In this document: in pieces, positions 1 to 10,300 of the stretch
How positions within the stretch are numbered: the first letter of the stretch is position 1
Layout of the letters: every line of letters starts with the position of its first letter
Translations under genes and position numbers: made by a program
The notes under the pieces: generated by a model
Databases searched by the model: none
What the model was told of the DNA's origin: nothing
What the model saw: the letters and a program-made list of their open reading frames with translations, nothing else
Origin: Dethiobacteria bacterium
Lineage (GTDB): Bacteria; Bacillota; Dethiobacteria; DTU022; UBA8154
NCBI GenBank assembly: GCA_050942615.1
Contig: JBMNNQ010000002.1
Coordinates: 19,722-83,721, forward strand
Direction of reading: 5' to 3'
Length of the DNA: 64,000 nt

Positions 1-2
1 TA

Positions 3-1295
3 CAGCTGGAGATCGTTGCTGCACAGGATCGGCTTGCGGGGGTCACTATGGCATCTGAACTGGAAGAACTAATTACAAGGATTTGCACCGGGGCATTGGT
101 GGCAGGCCACCGGGCCGATCTGGTAATGACGGCTTGTGCCCGTACATTGGCGGCCTTTTATGGCCGACTGAAGGTTAATGAAAGTGATATTCATGAGGCT
201 GCTGCTTACGTTCTTCCCCACCGCAGGCGCGAAGCATCCCCCCCACAACAAGAACAGGAGCCGCCGGAACCTGAAAGGCCCGATAAACCTGAAGAATCTG
301 ATAAGCTGGAAAGTGAACAGGAACGGGAGCGGGCCCGGGAACAGCAGGCTGTGCAGTCCCACGAACAGCCGGAGGATCGGAAAAACGAACAGGAAAAAAA
401 AGAAGAACAGGACCAGCACCCCCAGGAAGCTGCTCCCTCCGGTACGCCTGAAATTGTTTTTGCAGTGGGTGAGCCTTTTCCCGTACGGCGGCTTAGTTAT
501 AAGGTGAAAGGTGTGTTACGCAGAGGTTCCGGCAGGCGGTCACGCGGCCGGACTGCTACAAAGTCAGGACGTTATGTGCGCAGCACCATGCGTTGGGAAA
601 GGCAGGATTTAGCGTTTGACGCTACCCTGCGCGCCGCTGCTCCCTACCAACAGAGCCGTGAACGTGATGGGGTTACCGTTGTTATAGAGCGGGGTGATCT
701 GCGCGAAAAAGTGCGGGAAAAAAGGGTGGGCAACTTCCTTCTATTTGTTGTCGATGCCAGCGGTTCCATGGGGGCCCGGCAGCGGATGGTGGAGGCAAAA
801 GGGGCCATCCTTTCCCTGCTTCTAGATGCCTACCAAAAGCGTGACAGGGTGGGCATGGTGGCCTTTCGTGGCGAACAGGCAGAAGTTATTCTGCCTCCCA
901 CCAACAGTGTGGAACGAGCGCAAAGACTGCTGGAGGATCTTCCCACCGGGGGCCGGACACCTCTTTCCGCCGGGCTGCTTAAATCACATGAAGTGGCCAA
1001 AACACATCTTTTTAAAGACCCGGATATCAGGCCGCTGTTGATTGTTATTTCCGACGGCAAGGCCAATGTCAGTATGGGAAAAGAGAGGCCGCTGGCAGAA
1101 GTTGCCCATGCTGCCGGGATTATCAGGGAGGAAGAACAGGTTAAAAGCCTGGTGGTTGATGTGGAAAACAGCGGCCTCCTTTCATTTGGGTTGGCCCAAC
1201 AGCTTGCTGCAATGTTGGATGCAGAGTACTTCAAATTAGATGATCTGAAGGCGGATCGTCTTGTGGAGGCTGTTCACAGTGTTCTTGATGTGTAA
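3..1295 (+). CDS. chlD: Mg-chelatase subunit D-like protein (AAA lid - acidic Pro/Glu-rich linker - vWA/MIDAS domain); 5' end lies upstream of window
   Basis: Reading frame is open back to nt 3 (no stop), so the ORF is 5'-truncated by the window edge. N-term segment ...[42 protein letters not shown] matches the C-terminal lid of the ChlD/BchD AAA+ module. A poly-acidic/Pro linker ([22 protein letters not shown]...) follows. The vWA domain has an intact MIDAS motif (VVDASGSM). Confidence 0.8.
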   Translation, partial: QLEIVAAQDRLAGVTMASELEELITRICTGALVAGHRADLVMTACARTLAAFYGRLKVNESDIHEAAAYVLPHRRREASPPQQEQEPPEPERPDKPEESDKLESEQERERAREQQAVQSHEQPEDRKNEQEKKEEQDQHPQEAAPSGTPEIVFAVGEPFPVRRLSYKVKGVLRRGSGRRSRGRTATKSGRYVRSTMRWERQDLAFDATLRAAAPYQQSRERDGVTVVIERGDLREKVREKRVGNFLLFVVDASGSMGARQRMVEAKGAILSLLLDAYQKRDRVGMVAFRGEQAEVILPPTNSVERAQRLLEDLPTGGRTPLSAGLLKSHEVAKTHLFKDPDIRPLLIVISDGKANVSMGKERPLAEVAHAAGIIREEEQVKSLVVDVENSGLLSFGLAQQLAAMLDAEYFKLDDLKADRLVEAVHSVLDV

Positions 1296-1297
1296 AA

Positions 1298-2431
1298 GTG
1301 TTCTGGCAGTGGGGATTTTTGGGGCAGGTGCGCCAAAAGGGTTATTCTAGATTAATAGTGGAGAAAGGGTTGGTAACAGTGGAACAAACAATAGGGCAGG
1401 CTGTAAGGTATATTTACCCCTTTACCGCGCTGGTGGGACAGGATGACATGAAACTGGCTCTCATTCTTAACGCCATCAACCCCAAGCTGGCCGGGGTTTT
1501 GATTCGCGGGGAAAAAGGGACTGCCAAATCGACTGCGGTGCGTGCCTTGGCGGTGCTATTGCCGGACAACCAGGTTGTGAGCGGGTGTCCCTTTGGGTGT
1601 GACCCGGAAGATATTACTACCATGTGCAGTTCTTGCAGGGAACAGCTGCAAAAAGGCAAAAAACCGGATAAGGCGATCTGCAAGATGCGGGTTGTTGAAC
1701 TGCCTGTTTCCGCCACCGAGGATCGTGTGGTAGGCACCCTTGACCTGGAAGAAGCCATTAAAAAAGGGGAAAAACGCTTTGAACCCGGGGTGTTGGCAGA
1801 GGCCAACCGGGGCATTCTTTACATGGATGAGGTCAACCTTTTGGATGATCATATCGTTGATGTTTTGTTGGACTCAGCGGCAATGGGTGTCAATACGGTG
1901 GAGCGCGAAGGTGTGTCCTTTACCCATCCGGCAAATTTCATGCTTGTGGGAACTATGAACCCTGAAGAAGGAGAGCTGCGGCCACAACTTTTAGATCGGT
2001 TTGGTTTGTGTGTACAAATTGAAGGGATCCTTGATCCTGTGCAACGGGTAGAGGTCATCCGCAGGCGGGTTGCTTTTGAAGAAGACCCTGCCGCTTTTTG
2101 TTCTGCATGGGAACCGGAACAAGAAAAACTGCGCCAACAGATATTGGCAGCAAAACAAACACTGCCTAAAGTACAGGTGCCCGAAGAAATGCTCTACCTG
2201 ATTGCTGAAATAGCGGTGGAGATGGGTGTGGACGGCCACCGTGCCGATTTGATTATGATGAAGGCCGCAAAAACCAGGGCTGCATTACAGGGGCGTGAAA
2301 AAGTAAGTAAAGAAGATATTAATGATACTGCAGATTTGGCTCTTATGCACAGAATGAGGCGTAAACCCTTCCAGGATCTGACCCTGGATCAACAGAAACT
2401 AAAGGAAATTGTGGGGGGTCCCCTTGATTGA
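1298..2431 (+). CDS. chlI: Mg-chelatase subunit I-like AAA+ ATPase (ChlI/BchI family)
   Basis: Walker A (GEKGTAKST), Walker B ([20 protein letters not shown]) and sensor/arginine-finger regions ([16 protein letters not shown]) run almost colinear with cyanobacterial ChlI. A cysteine-rich insert ([17 protein letters not shown]) sits in the loop after Walker A. The start codon is uncertain: ATG 1298 or a nearby GTG. Confidence 0.85.
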   Translation: MFWQWGFLGQVRQKGYSRLIVEKGLVTVEQTIGQAVRYIYPFTALVGQDDMKLALILNAINPKLAGVLIRGEKGTAKSTAVRALAVLLPDNQVVSGCPFGCDPEDITTMCSSCREQLQKGKKPDKAICKMRVVELPVSATEDRVVGTLDLEEAIKKGEKRFEPGVLAEANRGILYMDEVNLLDDHIVDVLLDSAAMGVNTVEREGVSFTHPANFMLVGTMNPEEGELRPQLLDRFGLCVQIEGILDPVQRVEVIRRRVAFEEDPAAFCSAWEPEQEKLRQQILAAKQTLPKVQVPEEMLYLIAEIAVEMGVDGHRADLIMMKAAKTRAALQGREKVSKEDINDTADLALMHRMRRKPFQDLTLDQQKLKEIVGGPLD

Positions 2432-3263
2432 ACTGGAAGGCCTTTGTAAAGACTACAATGGAGTTAAAGCCATTGACAGCCTGGATTTAAAAGTGGAGGC
2501 AGGGGAAATATTTGGTTTGTTGGGGCCCAACGGTGCAGGAAAAACAACTGCAATACGAATTTTGACAACATTGGCACGCCCAACAGCGGGAAAAGTATTT
2601 ATTAACGGTAAAGAGGTGTCCCGCAACAAAGCAGGCATTAAAAGTGAAATCGGTGTTGTTTCACAAACAGAAAATTTGGACAGGCAGATGACGGCACGGG
2701 AAAACTTAGAGCTGCATGGCCGCCTCTTTAAGGTTCCCGCTTTAAAACGCCGTGCCCGGATTGAAAAACTGCTTGCTTTTGTAGATTTAACGGCACGCGC
2801 TCATACAGCTGTAGAATATTTTTCCGGGGGCATGAAAAGACGTCTGATGATTGCCCGTGCCCTGGTGCATGAACCCCGTCTCCTTTTCCTGGATGAACCA
2901 ACGGTGGGCCTGGATCCCCAGGTGCGCCGCAAGATATGGGATCTGATCAGGAATTTAAACGGCCAGGGGATTACAGTTTTACTGACTACCCACTATATTG
3001 AGGAAGCAGAATTGCTTTGCCATCGTGTGGGGATTATGAACAAAGGCCAATTAATTGCCCTGGGGACACCCGCGGATTTGAAAGCCCGGGTAGGTGATAC
3101 AGTTGTAGAGGTGCCTTATAACAGCGAAACAAAGTACCTAGTATTTGAAAACAGGGAAAAAGGATTGCAACACGCGGCAACATTAAAGGAAAATTTAGTA
3201 ATTAGGGAAAGCAGTTTAGAGGATGTATTTGTGGAACTGACCGGTCATAAAGTGGGTGTTTAA
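2424..3263 (+). CDS. ABC-2-type transporter ATP-binding protein
   Basis: Walker [10 protein letters not shown], signature FSGGMKRRL, Walker [13 protein letters not shown]. The start overlaps the stop of the ChlI-like gene; ATG 2409 and TTG 2424 are both candidates. Confidence 0.8.
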   Translation: MIELEGLCKDYNGVKAIDSLDLKVEAGEIFGLLGPNGAGKTTAIRILTTLARPTAGKVFINGKEVSRNKAGIKSEIGVVSQTENLDRQMTARENLELHGRLFKVPALKRRARIEKLLAFVDLTARAHTAVEYFSGGMKRRLMIARALVHEPRLLFLDEPTVGLDPQVRRKIWDLIRNLNGQGITVLLTTHYIEEAELLCHRVGIMNKGQLIALGTPADLKARVGDTVVEVPYNSETKYLVFENREKGLQHAATLKENLVIRESSLEDVFVELTGHKVGV

Positions 3264-4002
3264 AATGCTCCATGATACATATACGGTTTTTTGGCGGGAA
3301 ATGGTCTTATTGCGCAAAAAGTTTAAGAGTTTTTTCGCGGGCAGCATGGTCAGCCCCCTGCTCTACCTGCTGTCTTTCGGATGGGGTTTGGGGAGAAACA
3401 TCCAGCTTGACAGTACAAGCTATCTGGATTTTGTGGTGCCCGGTATTGTTGCCCTCAGCGCAATGAATGCCAGTTATAGCGGCACAGGCACTTCCCTGAA
3501 CGTCAGCCGCCTTTATTATAAAACCCTGGAGGAATTTTTGGTGGCACCGATCAGTGTTGTTTCCTTGGTTTTAGGGAACGTTTTCAGCGGGTGCTTCCGG
3601 GGTCTTTTTTCAGCGGGGCTTATCATTATTTTTTCCTATTTTTTTGGGGCGAACCTCTGTCTTAGCGGGTGGTTTTTTGTGTCCTTGCTATTAACCTGTT
3701 TCTTGTTCGCCACCTTGGGCCTGGTGGCGGCAATGATTGTCAGCAGCCATGAAGGTATGTCCCGTTTTGGAACCTTTGTAATCCTGCCCATGACTTTTTT
3801 ATGTGGGACTTTTTTCAAGGTGGAAAATTATCCGGGTATCATAGCGTGGTTCGTAAAAATGTTGCCGCTTACGCATTCTTCTATTTCCTTACGGGCTCTA
3901 GCCATGAATACAGAGTTTCCTTTAGTTTCCCTGCTGGTAATGACAGCCTATGCCCTGATTTTGTTTATCCTGGGTGTATGGGTAACTTACCGGGTGGAAT
4001 AA
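3256..4002 (+). CDS. ABC-2-type transporter permease
   Basis: A 248-aa polytopic membrane protein with six predicted TM stretches. It is translationally coupled to the upstream ATPase by an ATGA-type overlap at 3256. Confidence 0.7.
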   Translation: MFKMLHDTYTVFWREMVLLRKKFKSFFAGSMVSPLLYLLSFGWGLGRNIQLDSTSYLDFVVPGIVALSAMNASYSGTGTSLNVSRLYYKTLEEFLVAPISVVSLVLGNVFSGCFRGLFSAGLIIIFSYFFGANLCLSGWFFVSLLLTCFLFATLGLVAAMIVSSHEGMSRFGTFVILPMTFLCGTFFKVENYPGIIAWFVKMLPLTHSSISLRALAMNTEFPLVSLLVMTAYALILFILGVWVTYRVE

Positions 4003-4042
4003 GGCCGGTATTGCCCGGGCAACTAAATAACTATGCCGGGAG

Positions 4043-5161
4043 TTGATCGTGTTGAACGTTCCTACAACTGTAGAAAAGGCTGTCAGCAGCACAAAATTTG
4101 AAGAAATATACCAACATTCTGTAGCACGAAAATTAACTATAATCTTTGTGTTGTCGGTTTCGCTTGTTTTGACAGCACTGGTGGCTACAGCGATCGGTGT
4201 AGCCGGGATTACCGTGCATGATGTCGCCAGCGTAATTTTAGGAAAAATAATACCGGGCCTGCAACTGCCAACGGCCAGCGATCTGGCAGAAATAATAGTG
4301 ATCGAATTCAGGCTTCCCCGGATTTTTTTGGCAATGCTGGCCGGGTTCAGTTTGGCAGGTGCCGGGGCTGTTAAACAAGGCGTTCTGCGCAACCCGTTGG
4401 TATCACCCTTTACCCTGGGAATCTCTGCCGGCGCATCTTTAGGGGCAGCCATAGCAATTGTATTGGGTAAAAGCGTTCTGGGAAGTTCCTACCTTGCAGC
4501 GGGAAAGTACCTGATTGTTTTCAATGCTTTTCTTTTTGGCATGATTACCATGTTATTGATTTATGGCATAGCAAAGGTAAAAGGTGCAGTCCCCGAAACC
4601 CTGATCCTGGCAGGGGTAGCGTTGGGCTATCTTTTTCAGGCAGGCGTTTCTGCGCTAAAATATTTTTCTGACAACGATGCCTTAAAAGATCTCGTCGTCT
4701 GGTTGATGGGCGGTTTCTGGGGGGCCAATTGGGATGCTGTTGTTATTCTTTTACCCATTGTTTCGCTCTGTTTAATCCTTTTGGGCCGCTTTACCTGGGA
4801 TCTCAACGCCCTGGGAGCAGGTGAAGAAGTGGCTGTGAGCTTAGGTATCAATGTAGACAGGTTAAGGTTGATGACCCTGATCCTGGCAACCTTTATGGCT
4901 TCAAGCACTATTGCCTTTACGGGGATCATAGGTTTTATCGGGTTGGTTTCCCCGCATGTCTGCCGCTTCATTATCGGATCTGACAACAGGTTTTTGTTGC
5001 CTGCTTCTGCCCTGACAGGGGCCATTTTGCTTTTGCTTGCTGATACCCTGGCAAGGATTGTACTTGCACCTGTAGAACTGCCTGTAGGGATCCTGACGTC
5101 TTTAATCGGTGCTCCTTTCTTTCTTTACCTTTTGCTTAAAAAGAAGCGCCAGTATTGGTAA
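4043..5161 (+). CDS. FecCD/BtuC-family ABC importer permease (iron-chelate/corrinoid/heme type)
   Basis: FecCD hallmark motifs: RLPRIFLAMLAGFSLAGAGAVKQGVLRNPLVSPFTLGISAGASLG and C-terminal GAPFFLYLL. Confidence 0.85.
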   Translation: MIVLNVPTTVEKAVSSTKFEEIYQHSVARKLTIIFVLSVSLVLTALVATAIGVAGITVHDVASVILGKIIPGLQLPTASDLAEIIVIEFRLPRIFLAMLAGFSLAGAGAVKQGVLRNPLVSPFTLGISAGASLGAAIAIVLGKSVLGSSYLAAGKYLIVFNAFLFGMITMLLIYGIAKVKGAVPETLILAGVALGYLFQAGVSALKYFSDNDALKDLVVWLMGGFWGANWDAVVILLPIVSLCLILLGRFTWDLNALGAGEEVAVSLGINVDRLRLMTLILATFMASSTIAFTGIIGFIGLVSPHVCRFIIGSDNRFLLPASALTGAILLLLADTLARIVLAPVELPVGILTSLIGAPFFLYLLLKKKRQYW

Positions 5162-5264
5162 AAATATTCCCCAGTCTATTTTGGAAAATATGATTAATAT
5201 GTACTGTAATAAAAAGTGCAGGGAATTCAGGCAAAATGAATTGAAATAAAGGGAGCGATTGCAA

Positions 5265-6083
5265 GTGATGCTGAAGGTGCGGGGGGTTTGTTTCCGTTAT
5301 GGGAATATGGAGGCCTTAAGGGACGTTGAACTAGAGGCGAAATCGGGCGAGGTGTTGGCTGTAATCGGTGCAAACGGCTCGGGTAAAAGCACTTTGATTC
5401 GCTGCATCAACAAGATCCTGAAACCGTATACAGGAACGATTTATCTGAATGGGAGGAAAATTTGCAGTTTTAGTCCGAAAGAACGTGCTTGCATGATGGG
5501 TTATGTTCCCCAAGCAGTGAGGGATGTTTTTTCATATAACGTTATGGAAATGGTGATGATGGGGCGCAAACCGTATATAAACTACGGTGTCGGGAAAAAA
5601 GACCTTAAAATAGTAAGCTCGGTGTTGTCGCGTTTGGGGCTGATGCAATTCATGGAACGTTATTTGTACGAATTAAGCGGCGGTGAAAGGCAGAAAGTGT
5701 TAATTGCCCGGGCCCTGGCCCAGGAACCGGAGGTGTTGTGCCTGGATGAACCGACAAGTAACTTGGATGTCAGGCATCAATTAGAAGTCATGGAACTGGT
5801 CCGGGATATTGCAAAACAGCAGAAAAAATGTGTTTTAATAGTTATTCATGATCTGAACCTGGCGGCCCGTTTTGCAGATAAGATTTTAATGCTTAAAGAG
5901 GGCCGGGTCTATGCAGCAGGATTGCCGGGGGACGTTTTGATCCCCGAAAACATCAAGGCCGTTTACGGGGTTGATTCTATGATTGTTCATACCGAACTGG
6001 GTCCATATGTCCTCACTATAAAATCAAGCAAACCAGAGGAAATACCGGTGGTTGGTGAACTTCAGGGGGTGGCAGGATCATAA
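5265..6083 (+). CDS. ABC importer ATP-binding protein (FecE/BtuD type)
   Basis: Walker A GANGSGKST, signature LSGGERQKV, Walker B VLCLDEPTSNLD and H-loop IHDLN. RBS AAAGGGAG lies 9-12 nt upstream of GTG 5265 / ATG 5268. Confidence 0.85.
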   Translation: MMLKVRGVCFRYGNMEALRDVELEAKSGEVLAVIGANGSGKSTLIRCINKILKPYTGTIYLNGRKICSFSPKERACMMGYVPQAVRDVFSYNVMEMVMMGRKPYINYGVGKKDLKIVSSVLSRLGLMQFMERYLYELSGGERQKVLIARALAQEPEVLCLDEPTSNLDVRHQLEVMELVRDIAKQQKKCVLIVIHDLNLAARFADKILMLKEGRVYAAGLPGDVLIPENIKAVYGVDSMIVHTELGPYVLTIKSSKPEEIPVVGELQGVAGS

Positions 6084-6194
6084 AAGGGAATGATTTTTTC
6101 AAGGCAGGAAACACCGATCAAATGGTCAGTTGCGGTTATTATAAACGGGATAAACGTATCAATCATTTAAAAAAAACTAGCAGGGGGCTTTAGA

Positions 6195-7301
6195 ATGAGG
6201 TTGGCCAAATTTTTAATTCCGCCGTTAATTTTTATTCTGATAGGATGTATGTTGGCGGTTACAGGCTGTGGGAATCGTGGTACAGTAGTAGAACCTGAAG
6301 GTAAGCCGGAAAGTAAATATATTACTATTACAGATTGTACCGGCAGAAATATAGAGGTGCCACAACCCTTGGAAAGGGTTGTTGTTTTTAATAGTTGGGT
6401 AGCTGAAGCCTTTAGAATTTTAGACGTTCAAGATAAAGTAATTGGGGTTGACGAAGGCGTTCAAAAACATCCCTACCTTAATATGCAGGATAAAGACATC
6501 GCTGGGGGCACATCCCAGCCCAATCATGAAAGGATCGTTGAATTAAAACCACAGGTTGTTTTTTGTATTAGTGGTACAGGCAGTGCTAGGACCGGAAAGG
6601 AACTGGCCGATAAACTAGAACCTTTAGGGATTAAAACTGTGATCCTAGATTTTCATAAGCCCGACGAATACAATGATGATTTAAAAATACTTGCAACCAT
6701 GTTTGGTGAAGAAAAAAAGGCCGGGGATTTTATTACGTGGAAAACTGCACAGGAAAAAAAGTTAGCGGATCGGTTAAAAGGTTTTAAACAGGAAGAGCGG
6801 AAAAAGGTCTTTCAAATTTGGGAAAGTGGAATACCCAAAAATGAATGGGGAACTTCCTCAAAAGGGGATAAAATCGGAGGTACAGGACCGGACCAGGAAA
6901 TAAACCTGGCCGGGGGCATCAATATTGCAAAGGACCTGGCAGAAGCCTATCCCGTAGTAATCGGGGAATGGGTGCTCCAACAAAACCCGGATACTGTATT
7001 AATTTCAACAAGCAAGGTCCTTGGTTATACTACTGCAGACTATAATGACGCTTCTGAATTAAGGGATTTGGTATTGAAAAACAAGGTTTTTGCTAATCTA
7101 GATTTTGTAGAAAATGAGCAGGTATTTGTAATTCGTGGATATGGCAATAATCCTTATATTAATGCACAGTTTCTTGCAAAATGGTTGTATCCCGAACGTT
7201 TTGAAGATGTCGACCCCGCAGAGGCATTGCAAGAATACTTTGAAAGATGGTTGGGTGTACCATTTCAGGGCAAATGGGCCTATCCGCTTGTGTCTAATTA
7301 A
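6195..7301 (+). CDS. Periplasmic-binding-protein lipoprotein (FecB/BtuF fold, PBP paralog 1)
   Basis: Signal peptide with lipobox (LAVTGC). Motifs VPQPLERVVV, ELKPQVV and LAKWLYPERFEDVDP..ALQEYFERWLGVPFQGKWAYP are shared with the two downstream paralogs. Confidence 0.8.
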   Translation: MRLAKFLIPPLIFILIGCMLAVTGCGNRGTVVEPEGKPESKYITITDCTGRNIEVPQPLERVVVFNSWVAEAFRILDVQDKVIGVDEGVQKHPYLNMQDKDIAGGTSQPNHERIVELKPQVVFCISGTGSARTGKELADKLEPLGIKTVILDFHKPDEYNDDLKILATMFGEEKKAGDFITWKTAQEKKLADRLKGFKQEERKKVFQIWESGIPKNEWGTSSKGDKIGGTGPDQEINLAGGINIAKDLAEAYPVVIGEWVLQQNPDTVLISTSKVLGYTTADYNDASELRDLVLKNKVFANLDFVENEQVFVIRGYGNNPYINAQFLAKWLYPERFEDVDPAEALQEYFERWLGVPFQGKWAYPLVSN

Positions 7302-7344
7302 GGAGCGCAGGCCCGGGAAGATCAGAAATAGGAGGACTTTTTTT

Positions 7345-10300
7345 ATGACTAAAATCACCGCTATTTTATGGCAGAACCATGTTACAACGATGCGTGAGGC
7401 AGGGAAGCTGCTTAAAAACCGGTATGCTCTACAGGTCTATTCGGCCCGTTATTTGGACGAGGGCAAAGAGGATCTGGTTTCTGCAAGGGATGATCTGGCT
7501 GATTCAGATCTGATCCTTTTATACAGATCAGCGGGCGAAGCCGTTTGGGATGAACTGGAAATGGAAGTTAAACGGCTTGGCAAACCGGTGGTTTGTTTGG
7601 GGCACGATCCGATGCTTTGGTTGCTGTCCAGTGTGCCCCTGGAGATCGTTGATAAATGCAACACCTACGTGGTTTACGGTGGTGCCGATAATTTTGCTCA
7701 GATGTTAAACTGCCTGGTGGCAGAGGTACTGGGCTTACAGGTTGACTATGAGGAACCCTTCGCCCACCCTTGGGAGGGGATCTATCATCCCCGGGCACCC
7801 CATTATTTTGATAACCTGGAGGACTACTTAAATTGGTACAAACCCCGCAAGGCGCCGACTATTGGCCTTCTGCTGGCACGGGGTTATTGGGTAAACGACA
7901 ATATAGCTGTGGAGAAACTTTTGATCGAACTTTTTGAGGCACAGGGCTATAATGTTATCCCTGCTTTTTGTTATTCTGTAAAAGATGCAGAGTTAGGTAC
8001 CAGGGGTTCTGCCGGTGTAGTTCAGGATTTCTTTTTTGATCGCGAGGGCCGGCCTGTTATCAAGGCCATGGTTAAGCTAATTTCTTTCTTTCTAGAATCC
8101 AGTAGGGTCACAGGTGTTCATGAGGAAAATGTGGCTGCAGCGGGGGTCGATTTGCTGAAAAAGTTGGATGTTCCTGTTTTCCAGCCTGTTGTTTCCTATC
8201 ATCGCACTATAGAGGAATGGACGGCAGATCCCCAGGGGTTAAGTAACGAAATTTCTTGGTCGATCTCTATGCCGGAGTTTGAAGGGGTTATTGAACCCCT
8301 TTATATCGGGGGTATAGGCGGGGAGAACGACCTGGAGTACAGGGATCCCCAGCCAGAACGCTGCCGGCACCTGGTAGACAGGGTGCACAGCTGGCTCCGT
8401 TTGGCTGAAAAACCGACTGCGGAACGCAGGGTAGCTTTTATTTTACACAACAACCCCTGTGCTTCAGTGGAAGCTACTGTAGGGGGTGGTGCCAACCTGG
8501 ACACCCTGGAAAGTGTGGCCCGGGTTTTGCAGCAGATGCAACAAAAAGGCTACGCTGTGAATATTCCCGCAGACGGTAGGGAATTAATTGACAACATAAT
8601 GGATCATAAGGCTGTTTCTGAATTCCGCTGGACCACCACAGACGAAATTGTCAGCAAAGGCGGGGCGTTGAAGTTGGTCCCGGTGGAAGAATATTGCGCC
8701 TGGTTTGATACCCTTTCTTCGCATGTCAGAAAACGGGTTACAGATGCCTGGGGTAAGCCTCCGGGGGAAGAACTGAACGGGGTGCCGGCTGCCATGGTCT
8801 ACGCAGGAAAGATTCTGGTTACCGGCGTGCAATACGGCCAGGCGGTGATCTGTGTCCAGCCTAAACGCGGTTGTGCAGGCCCTAAGTGTGATGGCCGGGT
8901 CTGTAAAATATTGCATGACCCCGACATTCCCCCGCCACACCAGTATATGGCTACTTACCGCTATATCGAACATGACTTTAAAGCAGATGTGATCATACAC
9001 GTGGGCACCCACGGCAACCTGGAATTTCTGCCGGGCAAGGGCGCCGGGCTTTCCCAAGATTGTTATCCTGATTTGGGGATAGGTGAAATACCGCACCTTT
9101 ACATCTATAATGCTGACAACCCGCCGGAGGGAGTGATTGCCAAGAGAAGAAGCTATGCTGCGCTGGTAGACCATATGCAGACGGTGATGACTGAAAGCGG
9201 CCTTTATGCTGAACTGGCAGAATTGGACCGTTACCTGGAGGAGTACGAAAAAGCCAAAGTGGCAGATCCCACCCGGGCACACCTGCTGGAACACATGATA
9301 ATTGAGGAAATCAAAAAGACAAATTTAGACAAACAGATCCCCGTAGCAGGAGGGCATGAAAATATAACTGAAATTATTGAAGAAGCCCACGGCATCCTTT
9401 CTTCTGTCCGCAACACCCGGATTCAAGACGGTATGCATGTTTTCGGCCAGCTGCCGGAGGGAGAACAAAGGGTATCTTTCATAAATTCCATACTGCGTTT
9501 TGACGCCGGCCAGGATGTTTCCCTACGCCGCAGCATTGCCGCCCTAATGGGCCTTGATCTGTCAGCCTTAATCACCAATCAGAACAGCATTTCCCTTCAA
9601 TATGGAAAATCCCATGGTGCTCTTCTGGAAGAAATAGATTTGGCCGGTAAAGAATTTATTAAATACTTTCTCCAAGGGGAAAAAGTAAGCCCTGCCTTAG
9701 CCCATGAAGTTTTGGGTGATAGATTTTACCGTCCCCAGGCTCTGCCTTTACTCCATGAGGTTTTGCCCAGGGTGCTGGATCTGAATGAAAGGATAGAGGC
9801 TTCCCGGGAAATCGAAGCCCTTCTGAGTGGGTTCCAGGGCAGCTATATCCCGGCCGGTCCCTCCGGCCTGATTACCCGCGGCAGAGATGACGTTTTGCCC
9901 ACGGGCCGTAATTTTTATTCTTTAGACCCCCACCGGGTACCCACCAAAGCTGCCTGGGAGGTAGGTAAACGCCTGGCAGATAAGGTACTGGCCAAGCACC
10001 TGACAGAAGAAAACAGGTATCCTGAAAATATCGCCCTTTACTGGATGTGCACGGATATTATGTGGGCGGACGGGGAGGGTTTAGGCCAAATGCTTTACCT
10101 GTTGGGTGTCAAGCCCAAATGGCTGCCCAATGGCAGGGTGGCAGGGGTTGAAGTCATTCCCCCGGAGGAATTGGGGCGGCCGCGCATTGACCTCACTATC
10201 AGGGTTTCCGGGATTACCAGGGATATGTTTTGTAACTGTGTGGAACTGTTGGATGAAGCGATCAGCACAGTAGCCGCACTGGACGAACCCGTGGAACAAA

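Noticed and set aside
69-419. Antisense/overlapping ORFs inside large genes (for example 69-419 -, 830-1234 -, 8584-9294 -, 35715-36314 -, 46529-47149 -, 59251-59763 -, 62289-63056 -)
   Set aside because: Each lies fully within a well-supported CDS on the other strand or in an alternative frame. Compositions are low-complexity or biased, with no RBS. These are typical six-frame artefacts of GC-skewed coding DNA.
7135-7344. Upstream extension of the CobN ORF to ATG 7135
   Set aside because: It overlaps the 3' end of the preceding PBP gene by about 170 nt in another frame. A strong RBS (AGGAGG) precedes ATG 7345, and the CobN N-terminus aligns from MTKITAILWQ.
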